This document shows positions 1 through 11,124 of a stretch of DNA of 64,000 nt, in pieces. Position 1 is the first letter of the stretch. Each line of letters begins with the position of its first letter. The notes under the pieces are model-generated. The model did not search any database. It saw only the letters and a program-made list of their open reading frames with translations, and had not been told where the DNA came from. A program made the translations under genes and the position numbers. The DNA comes from Clostridia bacterium (GTDB taxonomy: Bacteria; Bacillota; Clostridia; TANB77; UBA1234). Where the stretch lies: NCBI GenBank assembly GCA_017469545.1, contig JAFUGE010000008.1:30941-94940 (forward strand). The letters run 5' to 3'.

Positions 1-10
1 TGGCAAATAT

Positions 11-586
11 TTGCTAAATTCTAGAGGCGTCAAGAGCAATTGGCAGCCTACGGATAACACCAAGCCAGTTTATATGATTAAGAGGAGACTTGCTGGAAAT
101 CAGGTAATTATTGCATATATGCAGAAAGTAGGAGCTTTTAAGAGCTTTGTGCTAAATCCAATGATGTTTGCGAAGAGGCAAAATACGAAGTTCCAGCCAT
201 CTGGCGGGCAGGTTGTTTTGATTAAAAATGATATTAAGATTGACTTTGTTTTTGAAGTTGTAAGGAGAAATACTGGCTGGGAAGAGAAGTTTATGGAGAA
301 AATGAAGCTTTATGAAGAGTTTTATGAAAACTTCCAATCCAAGGATTGTAATTTTGATAAAAAGCCGCAATTAGTAATTGTGGGAGAGGACGACGAGCAT
401 TTGATTGAAATTTTTAAGGCGTATAAGAAAGCAAAAGTGGAGCTTAAGGGCATTGAGGCTTATTATACGACGGATTTAAGACAGCTTAGTGAGGAGCTTG
501 ATACATCGCTTATTTCATTTAAGCTTGACGAAGAGATGCAGAAGTATAAGATGGAGATAATTAAGACGTCGTTATTAGAGAAATAA
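11..586 (+). CDS. hypothetical protein, possibly mobile-element associated
   Basis: ORF of 191 aa adjacent and divergent to a conjugative coupling-ATPase-like gene; no recognisable catalytic motifs. Confidence 0.3.
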   Translation: MLNSRGVKSNWQPTDNTKPVYMIKRRLAGNQVIIAYMQKVGAFKSFVLNPMMFAKRQNTKFQPSGGQVVLIKNDIKIDFVFEVVRRNTGWEEKFMEKMKLYEEFYENFQSKDCNFDKKPQLVIVGEDDEHLIEIFKAYKKAKVELKGIEAYYTTDLRQLSEELDTSLISFKLDEEMQKYKMEIIKTSLLEK

Positions 587-596
587 TAAGAAAGAA

Positions 597-622
597 CGGG
601 CAGCGTGGTACACTGCCCCTAC
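597..622. repeat. REP-like GTAG-flanked palindromic element, reverse orientation (CGGGCAGCGTGGTACACTGCCCCTAC)
   Basis: Matches family consensus GTAGGGGCAGCGT-loop-ACGCTGCCCG in reverse complement; intergenic between convergent genes. Confidence 0.7.
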
Positions 623-680
623 GCATGCATATGCATCATAAAAAATAGCCGCCCCACAAGGACGGCCATTTTCATTTTTC

Positions 681-3155
681 TTATTTCTTGAAATCAATGA
701 TTACAGAATCATTGCTGTTCATATTCGACAAATCAACGGTTGCACCGCTATTATCATTTTTCTTTCTTAGAATGGAAGAATCCACTACGACGTCTACTAC
801 GTTGTCGTCGCTGGATGCCATTCTTTCTTTGTCATTATTTCCAGTAAAAAAGTGTGAATCTGCCTTTGCATTTTCTGAAGCAGAGGAGCTATTGGCGTCT
901 GCATATAGTTGGAAATCGTATTTCGAGCATTTATGCTCTTCATAATATTTCTTATCAATAAAGTCTGCCATACCACGGCCAACGATTGTCTTACCGCCAG
1001 CATTTTTTGTCTTATAAATACATTGTTTGAATTTAAGTCCCACAATCTTGCCAGCCTTGTAATATTCTTCTGGCGCTTTCTTCTCGGCCATTAATGCTTC
1101 CGTTTGTGCCTTAGAACTGTCTGCATCTTTGTCGTCGTAAATCTTCTTTGCACGATATGTCCATTTCTTGTATTTACCAAGTTCGCCTTCCCAGAAAATA
1201 CTTTCTTCGTTCGTCATATCACCAAATAGAATTTGTGTTTTTGTATTGGTAATCACAACGTCTTTAAAATAGGCAAGGGAAGAAGTTTTCGTTAATTGTG
1301 ACAAGTTCTGTATTGTAATTAATGTTCCGCAGCGATACTTTCTAAACAAAGTAAAGAATGCTTCTGTATCTTTGTTGACGTATAGTGGGAACTCGTCAAT
1401 GTAAATGAAGTGTGGCGTTCTTGTGTTTTCGTCGCCAGGTCTTCTAAGCACGGCATCTTTAAATGACAAGATTACAAACATACCAAATGCTTTTTGGTGT
1501 GTTTCACCCAAGTCACCTTGTCTTGTACAAGCGGTGATTATTTCGCCGTTTTGAAGTGCTTTATCTAGGTCAATATTGTTATTTCTGCTACAAAGTACTC
1601 TCTTTACACCAGGATTTCTAAGGAAGTTGTCAAGCTGCGTAATCGCACCATACACGTGCTTTTCCGTCTCTTTTCTGCCGCTACCATAAGTAGAAGCGAT
1701 TTCATATCCGTGGATATTTACTGGTGGTTTATAGAAGTTCTTTTCAAAGTATCCGATTAATGATTTGTAATCTTCAGCAAGCTGAGGGTCTTTTTTCAAG
1801 ACTTCGCACATTTCTTCTGCGATATCAAAGTTATTTAAAATGCTAAGCATATCTTCTAGTGTAGGAATTTCGCCATTATGCATTCTTGGATATACTAGCT
1901 TTAATAGAATTGCCAAATTTTCGAAAGCCTGTTGCGTCACGTTTGCGAAGAAAGCACTGCTCTCGCTATTTTCTGCTTGGTACATTCCTTTTAATACCGT
2001 AGAAATGATAGCTGCAACTTTGGCTGGGTCTTTTCCTGTGAATGGGTTAATACCGTACGAGTTAGGGTCCATCGGGTCGATCACATTAACGTCCATACTG
2101 TAGGCATTTGCTACTTTTCTTACTCTTTCAATACAAGCATTATCAGGCGCAACTAGCGTAAATCCAAGGCCTCTGTAGTAGATTTCGTTTGTTGCTGGGT
2201 CTACGTAGGTAATCATGTCTTTCATGTAGTCTTTGTATTCTTTCATTCTGCTATCTCTTGGCTTTAAGAAGTTAAGAGTAAAGTTTCTGTTTAGGTAGTC
2301 ATTGCTATAAGGAACTGTCATATCTGCAAGGCCTGTTTGCAAAGCGTTGTAGCCAAGCTTTTTGCTTAATTCTCTGAAGAAATACTTTCTTTCGATATCA
2401 TTTGCACACATTGGTTCAACCATGGTAGAAGTTTTACCTGTACCCGTGGCACCTTGAACCATTGTTGCTTCAAATCTTTTCTTTTCTGGAATGAAAACAA
2501 CTTTACCTGTCTTATCGTCCACACAAATTGGTGCATTGCACTCGAAGGCCTCTGGCAATGTATCTTTCTTTTTCTTGAAGCTTAGCTTTGTTCCACCGTA
2601 TTCCTCGAAAGATTCAATCCAATCAGAATCGCCGTCAACCACATTTCCCATATAGTATTTCCATCTTCCTCTGAAAGTAGATACGGGAATAATTAAGGAA
2701 AGTCCAGCAACCGCAGGGGCGATAACCTCTGGCATATTCGTCGCGATATATTTAAAGTTACTTAAGTTCATTAAGCAGAAGTAAATAATTTCATTAGACC
2801 ATTGTGCCGTCATTCCTAGGAATATTCCATAAAAGCATAGGGAGAAGAATACGAAAAACTTCATTGGATGCCTTAGGGTAACATTCATTGGCGAGCCACA
2901 CATAAATTGGAAACCAGCGACACACGCTAAATATGCAAGTGTATATCCGATTGGCGACCAGTATGTAGCAAGCTCTCCCGTAAGAAGTACGCGGAATAGT
3001 TCAGCAACTCTATCTACTGCCAATACGACGCAAATAACGGCAAAGATATATGCGACGTATTCGTTAAGATTCACTTTCATTTTTTCTACTAAAAACCACC
3101 CTAATAGAAACAATATTAGGACAGCTACTAATCCATAAATAATATAGGTTAACAT
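681..3155 (-). CDS. type IV secretion coupling protein-like ATPase (TrwB/TraD/VirD4 family)
   Basis: N-terminal hydrophobic helices, Walker A QGATGTGKTS (TrwB-like GATGTGK), Walker B-like HFIYIDEF, downstream TLITIQNLSQL motif; GGAGG RBS before Met at 3155 (11th codon of the tracked ORF). Confidence 0.5.
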   Translation of the reverse strand: MLTYIIYGLVAVLILFLLGWFLVEKMKVNLNEYVAYIFAVICVVLAVDRVAELFRVLLTGELATYWSPIGYTLAYLACVAGFQFMCGSPMNVTLRHPMKFFVFFSLCFYGIFLGMTAQWSNEIIYFCLMNLSNFKYIATNMPEVIAPAVAGLSLIIPVSTFRGRWKYYMGNVVDGDSDWIESFEEYGGTKLSFKKKKDTLPEAFECNAPICVDDKTGKVVFIPEKKRFEATMVQGATGTGKTSTMVEPMCANDIERKYFFRELSKKLGYNALQTGLADMTVPYSNDYLNRNFTLNFLKPRDSRMKEYKDYMKDMITYVDPATNEIYYRGLGFTLVAPDNACIERVRKVANAYSMDVNVIDPMDPNSYGINPFTGKDPAKVAAIISTVLKGMYQAENSESSAFFANVTQQAFENLAILLKLVYPRMHNGEIPTLEDMLSILNNFDIAEEMCEVLKKDPQLAEDYKSLIGYFEKNFYKPPVNIHGYEIASTYGSGRKETEKHVYGAITQLDNFLRNPGVKRVLCSRNNNIDLDKALQNGEIITACTRQGDLGETHQKAFGMFVILSFKDAVLRRPGDENTRTPHFIYIDEFPLYVNKDTEAFFTLFRKYRCGTLITIQNLSQLTKTSSLAYFKDVVITNTKTQILFGDMTNEESIFWEGELGKYKKWTYRAKKIYDDKDADSSKAQTEALMAEKKAPEEYYKAGKIVGLKFKQCIYKTKNAGGKTIVGRGMADFIDKKYYEEHKCSKYDFQLYADANSSSASENAKADSHFFTGNNDKERMASSDDNVVDVVVDSSILRKKNDNSGATVDLSNMNSNDSVIIDFKK

Positions 3156-3286
3156 GTTTACCTCCATAAGCTTACTTGTTGACAAATCAACACATCTATA
3201 TTATCCTATATTTTGAGGAAAAAAACAAGTCATTTTGCGTAATTTGTTCAAAAAATTATGTAAATATTAGGAAAAGAAAGGTGGAA

Positions 3287-3848
3287 ATGCAAATGATAGT
3301 GGTAGGCCTACGGAAATCCGGGAGAGCAGTACAAAAATACAAGACACAATGTTGGATTTAAAGCAGTGGATAAGATTGCAGAAAAGTTGAATATTGAAGT
3401 GAATAAAGAGAAATTTAGTGGACTTTTTGGGGAAGGAATGTATAATGGCAAGAAAATGATGCTCCTAAAGCCAAGTACATTTATGAACTTAAGCGGAGAG
3501 AGTGTGTGCGAAATCATTAATTTCTATAAAGTGCCGCTATCGGATTTACTTGTCATTTATGACGATATTGATATTGATGTTGGGAAGATTAGAATTAGGC
3601 CGGAGGGCAGCAGTGGCACTCATAATGGTATGAGAAATATTAGTGATATGCTAGGGAGCCATGACTTTGCGAGAATTAGAATTGGTACAGGTAAGCCATT
3701 GGAAGGAATAGATTTGGCGGATTATGTGCTAAGCAATTTCTCGACTGAGGAGAGCAAAGAGATTGATAATGCTGTGAATATGGCGGCGGATGCTGTGCTT
3801 GAAATCATGGATAATGGCGTGGAAAAGGCTATGAATATTTATAATTGA
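3287..3848 (+). pseudogene. pth: peptidyl-tRNA hydrolase with +1 frameshift (extra C at 3311)
   Basis: Frame 1 encodes MQMIVVGL then RKSG.. to stop. Frame 2 continues GNPGEQYKNTRHNVGF..VDKIAEKL..GTHNGMRN..GTGKP (Pth catalytic His region). Deleting c3311 (cta-C-gga) restores MIVVGLGNPGEQY. Confidence 0.75.
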
Positions 3849-3851
3849 AAG

Positions 3852-3877
3852 GTAGGGGCAGCGTATCACGCTGCCCG
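3852..3877. repeat. REP-like element GTAGGGGCAGCGTATCACGCTGCCCG
   Basis: Exact family consensus; 9-bp stem GGGCAGCGT/ACGCTGCCC; between pth and rng. Confidence 0.8.
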
Positions 3878-3896
3878 TAAAAGGTGGTGTAATAAA

Positions 3897-5051
3897 TTGC
3901 AAAACGTAATCATTAATCAAACAAATGACGAGACGTCGGTATACATTTTAGAAAATAATAAGCTGTGTGAAATGTATTGCTACAGAAAGGACATAGAGAG
4001 TACTTTAGGCAATATATACAATGGAAAAGTGACAGATATTGTGAATGGCATGCAGGCGGCGTTTATTAATTTGGGGCTAGAAAGAAATGCCTTTATTTCC
4101 GTGAAAGATGCTTTGAAAAAAGTGGATGTGGCGAAAGAAGAGCAAGATACCAATCTTAAAATGTCGGATGTATTGAAAGTGGGCCAAAATGTGCTAGTTC
4201 AGGTAAAGAAAGAACCGACGGACGGCAAGGGAGCCAGAGTTTCGACACATATTACTTTGCCAGGGAAATATATTGTTTTGATGCCGGGAACGGATATTTT
4301 GACGGTTTCACAAAAAATAGAGGACGAAGCAGAGCGTGAGAGGCTAAAGCAGATTATTAGCCGTGTGTTACCGGGAGAGTTTGGGGCGATTATTAGAACA
4401 GACGCCATAAATGCTAGTGAAGAGGCGCTTACAAGTGATGTAGCTAGTTTATTTGATAGCTGGAATGATATTTTGGAGAAGGCCTCTCAAAGTGACGATG
4501 TTGGCATTTTATATGACGATCACGATATCGTAGAAAGAACGATTAGAGACGCTATTAATCAGAATACACAGAAGGTATATGTAAATAGTGAAGTGGTGTA
4601 CTCAAGAGTATGTAGCGCTTTAGGGGACGAGAGATGTATTTTAGATAAAGACGCTGATTTGGTTTCGAAATTTGGATTAGAGGCGGAGATTGCCAGGGTA
4701 CAAAATCGAAAGGTTTATTTAAATTGTGGTGGACATATTGTGATTGACAAGACCGAGGCGCTGACGGCTATTGATGTGAATTCGGGGAAATATACGGGCT
4801 CTAAGGACTTGGAGAGTACGACTTTGAAAGTGAATTTGGAAGCGGCCACAGAGATAATGAGACAAATCAGGCTGAAGGATATTGGTGGAATTGTGGTTGT
4901 GGATTTTATCGATATGCATACCGAGGAAAATAAGAATAAAATCATTGAATTAATGAGAAAAGAAGCGAAAAAGGACAGAAGCAAGGTGGACGTGAGAGAC
5001 TTTACGCAGCTTAATTTAGTGGAACTTACTAGGAAGAAGATGTATGTGTGA
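3897..5051 (+). CDS. Rne/Rng-family ribonuclease (RNase G-like), C-terminally short
   Basis: S1 domain GNIYNGKVTDIVNGMQAAFINLG; catalytic region TEALTAIDVNSGKYTG and DIGGIVVVDFIDM; TTG start. Confidence 0.6.
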   Translation: MQNVIINQTNDETSVYILENNKLCEMYCYRKDIESTLGNIYNGKVTDIVNGMQAAFINLGLERNAFISVKDALKKVDVAKEEQDTNLKMSDVLKVGQNVLVQVKKEPTDGKGARVSTHITLPGKYIVLMPGTDILTVSQKIEDEAERERLKQIISRVLPGEFGAIIRTDAINASEEALTSDVASLFDSWNDILEKASQSDDVGILYDDHDIVERTIRDAINQNTQKVYVNSEVVYSRVCSALGDERCILDKDADLVSKFGLEAEIARVQNRKVYLNCGGHIVIDKTEALTAIDVNSGKYTGSKDLESTTLKVNLEAATEIMRQIRLKDIGGIVVVDFIDMHTEENKNKIIELMRKEAKKDRSKVDVRDFTQLNLVELTRKKMYV

Positions 5052-5142
5052 ATTTGCGCTTGCAAATGGATAGAAGGAGTGGTATACTTTAGATAATTTA
5101 ATACTTGTGAACTCTTCTGGGAAATAGAAAGGAAGGAGAAGT

Positions 5143-5466
5143 ATGAACATCGCTGGCTTACTTGTTATCCTGGCAGTAGTAGCAATTTATGCATTCATGT
5201 TTTTGAAGAAGCGGACTAGCAGATATGACAATCTCATTTACTATGGAACGTTACTTGTTTTATGCGTGTTTATGATCGTCAATCATCCTCTTGTAGGTAC
5301 TCTTTGTACGTTTATGGGGGCTGTGGTGATTTTGATGTTTCACCTCGACGATTTGACACGCAGGGAGTTACCGCAGAGCATTTTGATGGTGTATGTGGTT
5401 TTTGGCCTGTTTGCTTTGTTGATGCTTTTGGGAATGGTTGAGCTTGTTGTTGGAAGATTGTTCTAA
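5143..5466 (+). CDS. small hydrophobic membrane protein, hypothetical
   Basis: 107-aa ORF with three predicted TM segments; RBS GGAAGGAG upstream. Confidence 0.35.
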   Translation: MNIAGLLVILAVVAIYAFMFLKKRTSRYDNLIYYGTLLVLCVFMIVNHPLVGTLCTFMGAVVILMFHLDDLTRRELPQSILMVYVVFGLFALLMLLGMVELVVGRLF

Positions 5467-5472
5467 GTTTTT

Positions 5473-5501
5473 GGTCACTCGAATTCGAGTGACCTTTTTT
5501 G
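5473..5501 (+). terminator. rho-independent terminator
   Basis: Perfect palindrome GGTCACTCGAA/TTCGAGTGACC followed by TTTTTT. Confidence 0.75.
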
Positions 5502-5511
5502 TAGAAAATGT

Positions 5512-5540
5512 TTGACAAGTGGCAATAAGCGTAGTATAAT
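5512..5540 (+). promoter_or_regulatory. consensus sigma-A promoter for rplU-rpmA
   Basis: TTGACA, 17-bp spacer, TATAAT. Confidence 0.6.
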
Positions 5541-5637
5541 ACTCCTTGTGTAATCCGCCTAATTATGGTTATAAATGCCGTCAAACGGCTACCTAAGTAA
5601 GAGATTAGCGAGTTTTATATAAGAGGAGGTGCTAGAG

Positions 5638-6003
5638 ATGTACGCAATCATCGAAGCATGTGGTAAACAATACAAAGTATCAGAAGGAGATTTGGTTTTT
5701 GTTGAAAAACTAGAAGCCAACGAAGGCGAAAAAGTAGTATTTGACAAAGTATTACTAATTTCTGATGGCGAAAAAGTAAAGGTTGGAACACCTACACTTA
5801 AGAGTGCAAAGGTTGAAGCCACAGTTGTTGAGCATGGTAAGGCTAAGAAAGTTCTTGTTTATAAGTATAAAGCTAAGAAAAACGAGAGAAAAACACAAGG
5901 CCACAGACAACCATACACAAAGATTAAGATTGAAAAGATTAGCCAAAGAGCTAGTTCAAAGAAAGCTGCAGAGACGGCTGAAACAGCAGAAGCTGCTGAA
6001 TAA
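5638..6003 (+). CDS. rplU: 50S ribosomal protein L21
   Basis: [25 protein letters not shown]; RBS AGAGGAGGTG. Confidence 0.9.
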   Translation: MYAIIEACGKQYKVSEGDLVFVEKLEANEGEKVVFDKVLLISDGEKVKVGTPTLKSAKVEATVVEHGKAKKVLVYKYKAKKNERKTQGHRQPYTKIKIEKISQRASSKKAAETAETAEAAE

Positions 6004-6059
6004 TAGTTGCATTTTAGAAAGAGACAAATAGAAATTATGACGAGAAAGGGGAGAGAAAA

Positions 6060-6320
6060 ATGGCACATAAAAAAGGTATGGGTAGTACCAAGAACGGACG
6101 TGATAGTGAGTCGAAAAGACTTGGTGCCAAAAGAGCTGATGGACAATTTGTTTTAGCTGGAAATATTCTAGTTAGACAAAGAGGAACAAAGATCCATCCA
6201 GGTACAAATGTAGGAATCGGAAGCGACGATACATTGTACGCAAAAGCTGACGGAATCGTTAGATTTGCAAGAAAAGGTAGAGATAAAAAACAAGTATCAA
6301 TCCAAACGATTGAGGAATAA
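6060..6320 (+). CDS. rpmA: 50S ribosomal protein L27 (no Prp-cleaved N-extension)
   Basis: [29 protein letters not shown]; no ysxB/prp gene between rplU and rpmA. Confidence 0.9.
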   Translation: MAHKKGMGSTKNGRDSESKRLGAKRADGQFVLAGNILVRQRGTKIHPGTNVGIGSDDTLYAKADGIVRFARKGRDKKQVSIQTIEE

Positions 6321-6327
6321 TGAATCT

Positions 6328-6352
6328 GTAGGGGCAGCGTATCACGCTGCCC
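6328..6352. repeat. REP-like element
   Basis: GTAGGGGCAGCGTATCACGCTGCCC followed by ATTTTG; immediately after rpmA stop. Confidence 0.8.
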
Positions 6353-6372
6353 ATTTTGCATTTTTGTTGTAA

Positions 6373-7701
<1,329 letters not shown>

Positions 7702-7729
7702 TACACCCAAATATTACCTATAATATACT

Positions 7730-7755
7730 GTAGGGGCAGCGTAATACGCTGCCCG
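7730..7755. repeat. REP-like element GTAGGGGCAGCGTAATACGCTGCCCG
   Basis: Family consensus with AAT loop. Confidence 0.8.
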
Positions 7756-7786
7756 CCAAATAACAGCATATCATAGGAGGATTAAG

Positions 7787-8023
7787 ATGGGCAAATATTC
7801 TCATAACGAAAACCTGGCAAGCGAAGAAATGAAAGCAGAACTTCTAGGTGAGCTTGAAAGAGCTATTTTAGATTTGAATGTGGCACTAGAAAATTATAAT
7901 AGTGCCGCACCGGAATTAGTTGATTATTATTCATATCAAATAAAGGCTATGCAAGCAAAGTATGATTATTTGCTAAAACTTACAAAAGATATGAATTTAT
8001 CAAAATTTAAAAAAATTATATAA
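7787..8023 (+). CDS. YaaL-like (DUF2508) small protein
   Basis: 78 aa, size and position immediately upstream of bofA as in Bacillus yaaL-bofA. Confidence 0.4.
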   Translation: MGKYSHNENLASEEMKAELLGELERAILDLNVALENYNSAAPELVDYYSYQIKAMQAKYDYLLKLTKDMNLSKFKKII

Positions 8024-8033
8024 GGAGGGCAAT

Positions 8034-8282
8034 ATGGGAGAAATTATTCTTTTTATTGTAGCGATTGCTGTAATAGCGCTTGTTTTAAAGCTATTAGGCA
8101 AGTCTATGAAAGTAATTGGAGGAGTGCTAATTAATGCTCTAGTTGGCGGACTAATCATTTGGCTTCTAAATATTTTTGGATTAGGAATCGCATTTAACTG
8201 GTTAAATGCATTGCTTGTAGGATGTTTAGGTATCCCTGGCGTGATTATCGTTTTAATCTTAAAATTTGTATTTCATGTATAA
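8034..8282 (+). CDS. bofA: pro-sigma-K processing inhibitor BofA
   Basis: 82 aa, two TM helices, C-terminal GCLGIPGVIIVLILKF resembling BofA GFLGIPGIAALV. Confidence 0.6.
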   Translation: MGEIILFIVAIAVIALVLKLLGKSMKVIGGVLINALVGGLIIWLLNIFGLGIAFNWLNALLVGCLGIPGVIIVLILKFVFHV

Positions 8283-8291
8283 TACATAATT

Positions 8292-8366
8292 GTAGGGGGT
8301 AGCGGAATATGCTGCCTGTTTCTATATCGAAATTTTTTTGCGGGCAGCGTGTTACGCTGCCCCTAC
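8292..8366. repeat. inverted doublet of REP-like elements (BIME-like)
   Basis: Degenerate forward copy GTAGGGGGTAGCGGAATATGCTGCC (8292-8316), 24-bp spacer, reverse copy CGGGCAGCGTGTTACGCTGCCCCTAC (8341-8366). Confidence 0.7.
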
Positions 8367-8438
8367 AAATTTTTTATTGTAATATTTCATATGATTGTAT
8401 ATAATGTTCCTAAGAGAGAAAAACAAAGGAGAGGGAAA

Positions 8439-9533
8439 ATGAACATACTGCTTGTAACCATGAGCATGCAAATCGGGGGAGCGGAGACTCACGTATTAGA
8501 GCTTGCTAAAGGCTTAAAGAGGCTTGGCTATACGGTTTATGTGATGTCGAATGGCGGAGATTATGTGCAAGAATTAGAAGCAAATCAAATCGAACATATT
8601 AAGGCTCCAATGCATAATAGAAAAATAGGCAATATGCTAAAATCATATCGAATTTTAAAGCAAACTATCAAGGAAAAACAAATTTCTGTGGTTCACGCGC
8701 ATGCGAGAATTCCGGCAATGATTGCGGGTTATGCCTGCAAGGTGACCCGCACTCCGTTTGTGACAACGGCGCACGGAGTATACAAAGTAAATCCTGTTTT
8801 GAAGCTTTTGACAAGCTGGGGTGAAAGAACGATTGCCGTGAGCGAAGATGTGAAGGAATATGTGATTAAGGAATACGGCATAAAAGAAGAAAATGTTTCT
8901 GTGACAGTTAATGGCATTGATATGAATAAGTTCCAGAAAGGAACGGATTACGCACGCCTTGAGGCAGAGTTCTCACAAGAGAAAGAGAAGAAGAAAATTG
9001 TGCACGTTAGCCGCTTAGATAAAGAGACTTCAATGGTGGCTCATTCGCTTATTTCGCTTGCGGAGAATTTAGAGGGAATCCAAGTAGTCATTGCGGGAGG
9101 TGGCAACGAGTTTGACGCTTTGAATGCTGAGGCACAGGAAGTAAACGCAAAGCTTGGTGCTCAAAGAGTGATTATGGCCGGCCCAAGAACAGACATTAAT
9201 CAATTTGCGGCTTTGGCAGACATTTTTGTAGGAGTAAGCAGGGCGGCACTGGAGGCCATGGCAAGCGAAAAGCCTGTGATTTTAGCAGGAAATCAAGGGT
9301 ATTTAGGAATATTCGACGAGTCTATTTTAGATAAGGCTTTGGAGACGAATTTCTGCTGTAGAGGATTTGAATTGCCGAGCAGTGAAAAAATAGAGAGGGA
9401 CTTGAAAAAGCTACTAAATGGTAGTGAACAATCCCTTGCAGAAATGGGTAAGTATAACCGTGAAACAGTAAAAAAATATTATTCTTTAGAGAGAATGATT
9501 GGCGACGCCGTGAAAATGTATGAAAGCGTATAA
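8439..9533 (+). CDS. glycosyltransferase family 4 (GT-B fold)
   Basis: MNILLVTMSMQIGGAETHVLELAKGL N-terminal GT4 signature; tracked ORF start at 8349 reads through the REP doublet and is spurious. Confidence 0.7.
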   Translation: MNILLVTMSMQIGGAETHVLELAKGLKRLGYTVYVMSNGGDYVQELEANQIEHIKAPMHNRKIGNMLKSYRILKQTIKEKQISVVHAHARIPAMIAGYACKVTRTPFVTTAHGVYKVNPVLKLLTSWGERTIAVSEDVKEYVIKEYGIKEENVSVTVNGIDMNKFQKGTDYARLEAEFSQEKEKKKIVHVSRLDKETSMVAHSLISLAENLEGIQVVIAGGGNEFDALNAEAQEVNAKLGAQRVIMAGPRTDINQFAALADIFVGVSRAALEAMASEKPVILAGNQGYLGIFDESILDKALETNFCCRGFELPSSEKIERDLKKLLNGSEQSLAEMGKYNRETVKKYYSLERMIGDAVKMYESV

Positions 9534-9551
9534 ATTTTCTGTAAAAATATG

Positions 9552-9615
9552 TTGACAAAAACGAACCTTGGTGGTAGAATTAACTAGCAAACCGCGTAAA
9601 GGTTCTTTTTTTTTG
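9552..9615 (+). promoter_or_regulatory. sigma-A promoter for rpmG-secE-nusG embedded in a hairpin plus T-run
   Basis: TTGACA (9552-9557), 17 bp, TAGAAT (9575-9580); GAACCTT (9563-9569) pairs with AAGGTTC (9600-9606) followed by T9. Confidence 0.45.
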
Positions 9616-9661
9616 AATGCAAAAAGCGGGAAAGCCTTGAGGCGTTACGGAGGTGTAAGAA

Positions 9662-9811
9662 ATGAGAGATAAGATTACATTAGCTTGTACTGAGTGTCAA
9701 CAAAGAAATTATGACTCTAAAAAGAATAAGAAAAATGACCCAGACAGACTAGAAATGAAAAAATATTGCAAATTCTGTAAGAAACATACAGTACATAAGG
9801 AAACAAAATAG
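9662..9811 (+). CDS. rpmG: 50S ribosomal protein L33
   Basis: [49 protein letters not shown], 49 aa, below the ORF-track size cutoff. Confidence 0.8.
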   Translation: MRDKITLACTECQQRNYDSKKNKKNDPDRLEMKKYCKFCKKHTVHKETK

Positions 9812-9858
9812 TTTCAGTGGGCTACATGTTTGAGAATTGGACAAATTAGAGAAAAGGT

Positions 9859-10077
9859 GTGGTGAATATGCCAGAAGTAGAAAATAAACCTAAAAAAGGC
9901 TTTTTCCAAAGTATGAGAGCCGAACTTAAAAAAGTGATTTGGCCATCTGCATCGCAAACTGCAAAGAGCACAGGCGCTACAATCGCGTTTGTATTATTAA
10001 TTGCTTTAATACTAATTGTGCTAAACTTTGCTTTTCAAGCGTTAGATTCACTTTGGTGGAATACAATTATTAAATAA
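9859..10077 (+). CDS. secE: preprotein translocase subunit SecE
   Basis: Small protein with single C-terminal TM helix, between rpmG and nusG; true start may be ATG 9868. Confidence 0.7.
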   Translation: MVNMPEVENKPKKGFFQSMRAELKKVIWPSASQTAKSTGATIAFVLLIALILIVLNFAFQALDSLWWNTIIK

Positions 10078-10089
10078 AGGAGGAGTAAA

Positions 10090-10632
10090 ATGCCTCAAAA
10101 TAATGATACAAATACTACGGAAGTTGCAAGATGGTATGTTGCGCATACTTATTCAGGATATGAAAACAAGGTAAAAGATACTCTTGAGAAATCTGTTGAA
10201 AACAGAAATATGCAGGATCTTATCCAAGAAGTTGTTATTCCAATGGAAGAGCAAATTGAGATAAAGGATGGCAAGAAGAAAACTACCTTGAAGAAAGTAT
10301 TTCCAGGCTATGTGCTAATTAAAATGATTATGACGGAAGAGTCATGGTATGTAGTAAGAAATATTAGAGGGTTAACTGGATTTGTTGGCGCTGAGGGCAA
10401 ACCTGTGCCACTTACTGACGAAGAGATTAGGAATATGGGATTTGAAGAAATGCCTGTTAATATCGACTATGAGGTTGGGGACTCTGTAAAAGTTGTTTCT
10501 GGCCCATTGGAGAGCTTCGTTGGCGTAGTTGAAGAGATTAATATGGAAAAATCGAAAGTAAGAGTTTTAGTATCTATGTTTGGAAGAGAAACTCCTGTAG
10601 AACTAGAATTTTCACAAATACAGAAAACATAA
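10090..10632 (+). CDS. nusG: transcription antiterminator NusG
   Basis: NGN domain WYVAHTYSGYENKV, KOW domain GDSVKVVSGPLESFVGVV. Confidence 0.9.
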   Translation: MPQNNDTNTTEVARWYVAHTYSGYENKVKDTLEKSVENRNMQDLIQEVVIPMEEQIEIKDGKKKTTLKKVFPGYVLIKMIMTEESWYVVRNIRGLTGFVGAEGKPVPLTDEEIRNMGFEEMPVNIDYEVGDSVKVVSGPLESFVGVVEEINMEKSKVRVLVSMFGRETPVELEFSQIQKT

Positions 10633-10648
10633 GTAGGAGGTGTTTAAA

Positions 10649-11077
10649 GTGGCAGAGAAGAAGGATGTAACAATTATAAAATTGCAAATTCCAGCTGGTA
10701 AAGCGACTCCAGCTCCACCAGTAGGACCAGCACTTGGTTCAAGTGGTATCAATATTATGCAATTCGTAAAAGAGTTTAACGACAGAACAGCAGATCAAGC
10801 TGGTATGACAATCCCAGTTGTAATCACTGTTAATAAGGATAAGTCTTTTTCATTCATAACAAAGGTTCCACCAGTTGCTGACTTACTATTAAAGGCTGCT
10901 AAAATCGAGAAAGGTTCTGCAAAACCTAACAGAGATAAAGTAGCTACAGTAACAAAAGCTACTGTTGAGGAAATTGCAAAAACAAAGATGCAAGATTTAA
11001 ATGCAGGAAGTTTAGAAGCTGCAATGAGTATGGTTAAAGGTACAGCTCGTTCTATGGGCATTGTTGTAGCTGAATAA
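10649..11077 (+). CDS. rplK: 50S ribosomal protein L11
   Basis: [21 protein letters not shown]; GTG start 10649 with AGGAGG RBS 10635-10640. Confidence 0.9.
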   Translation: MAEKKDVTIIKLQIPAGKATPAPPVGPALGSSGINIMQFVKEFNDRTADQAGMTIPVVITVNKDKSFSFITKVPPVADLLLKAAKIEKGSAKPNRDKVATVTKATVEEIAKTKMQDLNAGSLEAAMSMVKGTARSMGIVVAE

Positions 11078-11124
11078 TTTATTGATGGGAGGCTTAAAAG
11101 CCGTTAGTACCAAAGGAGGAAAAA

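Noticed and set aside
5051-5142. Possible frameshift truncating the RNase G-like gene C-terminus
   Set aside because: All three frames hit stops within ~50 nt downstream and no CGG-type insertion context is present. More likely a naturally short family member.
8349-8438. Long N-terminal extension of the glycosyltransferase ORF (tracked start 8349)
   Set aside because: It reads through the REP doublet. A strong RBS precedes ATG 8439, where the conserved GT4 N-terminus begins.
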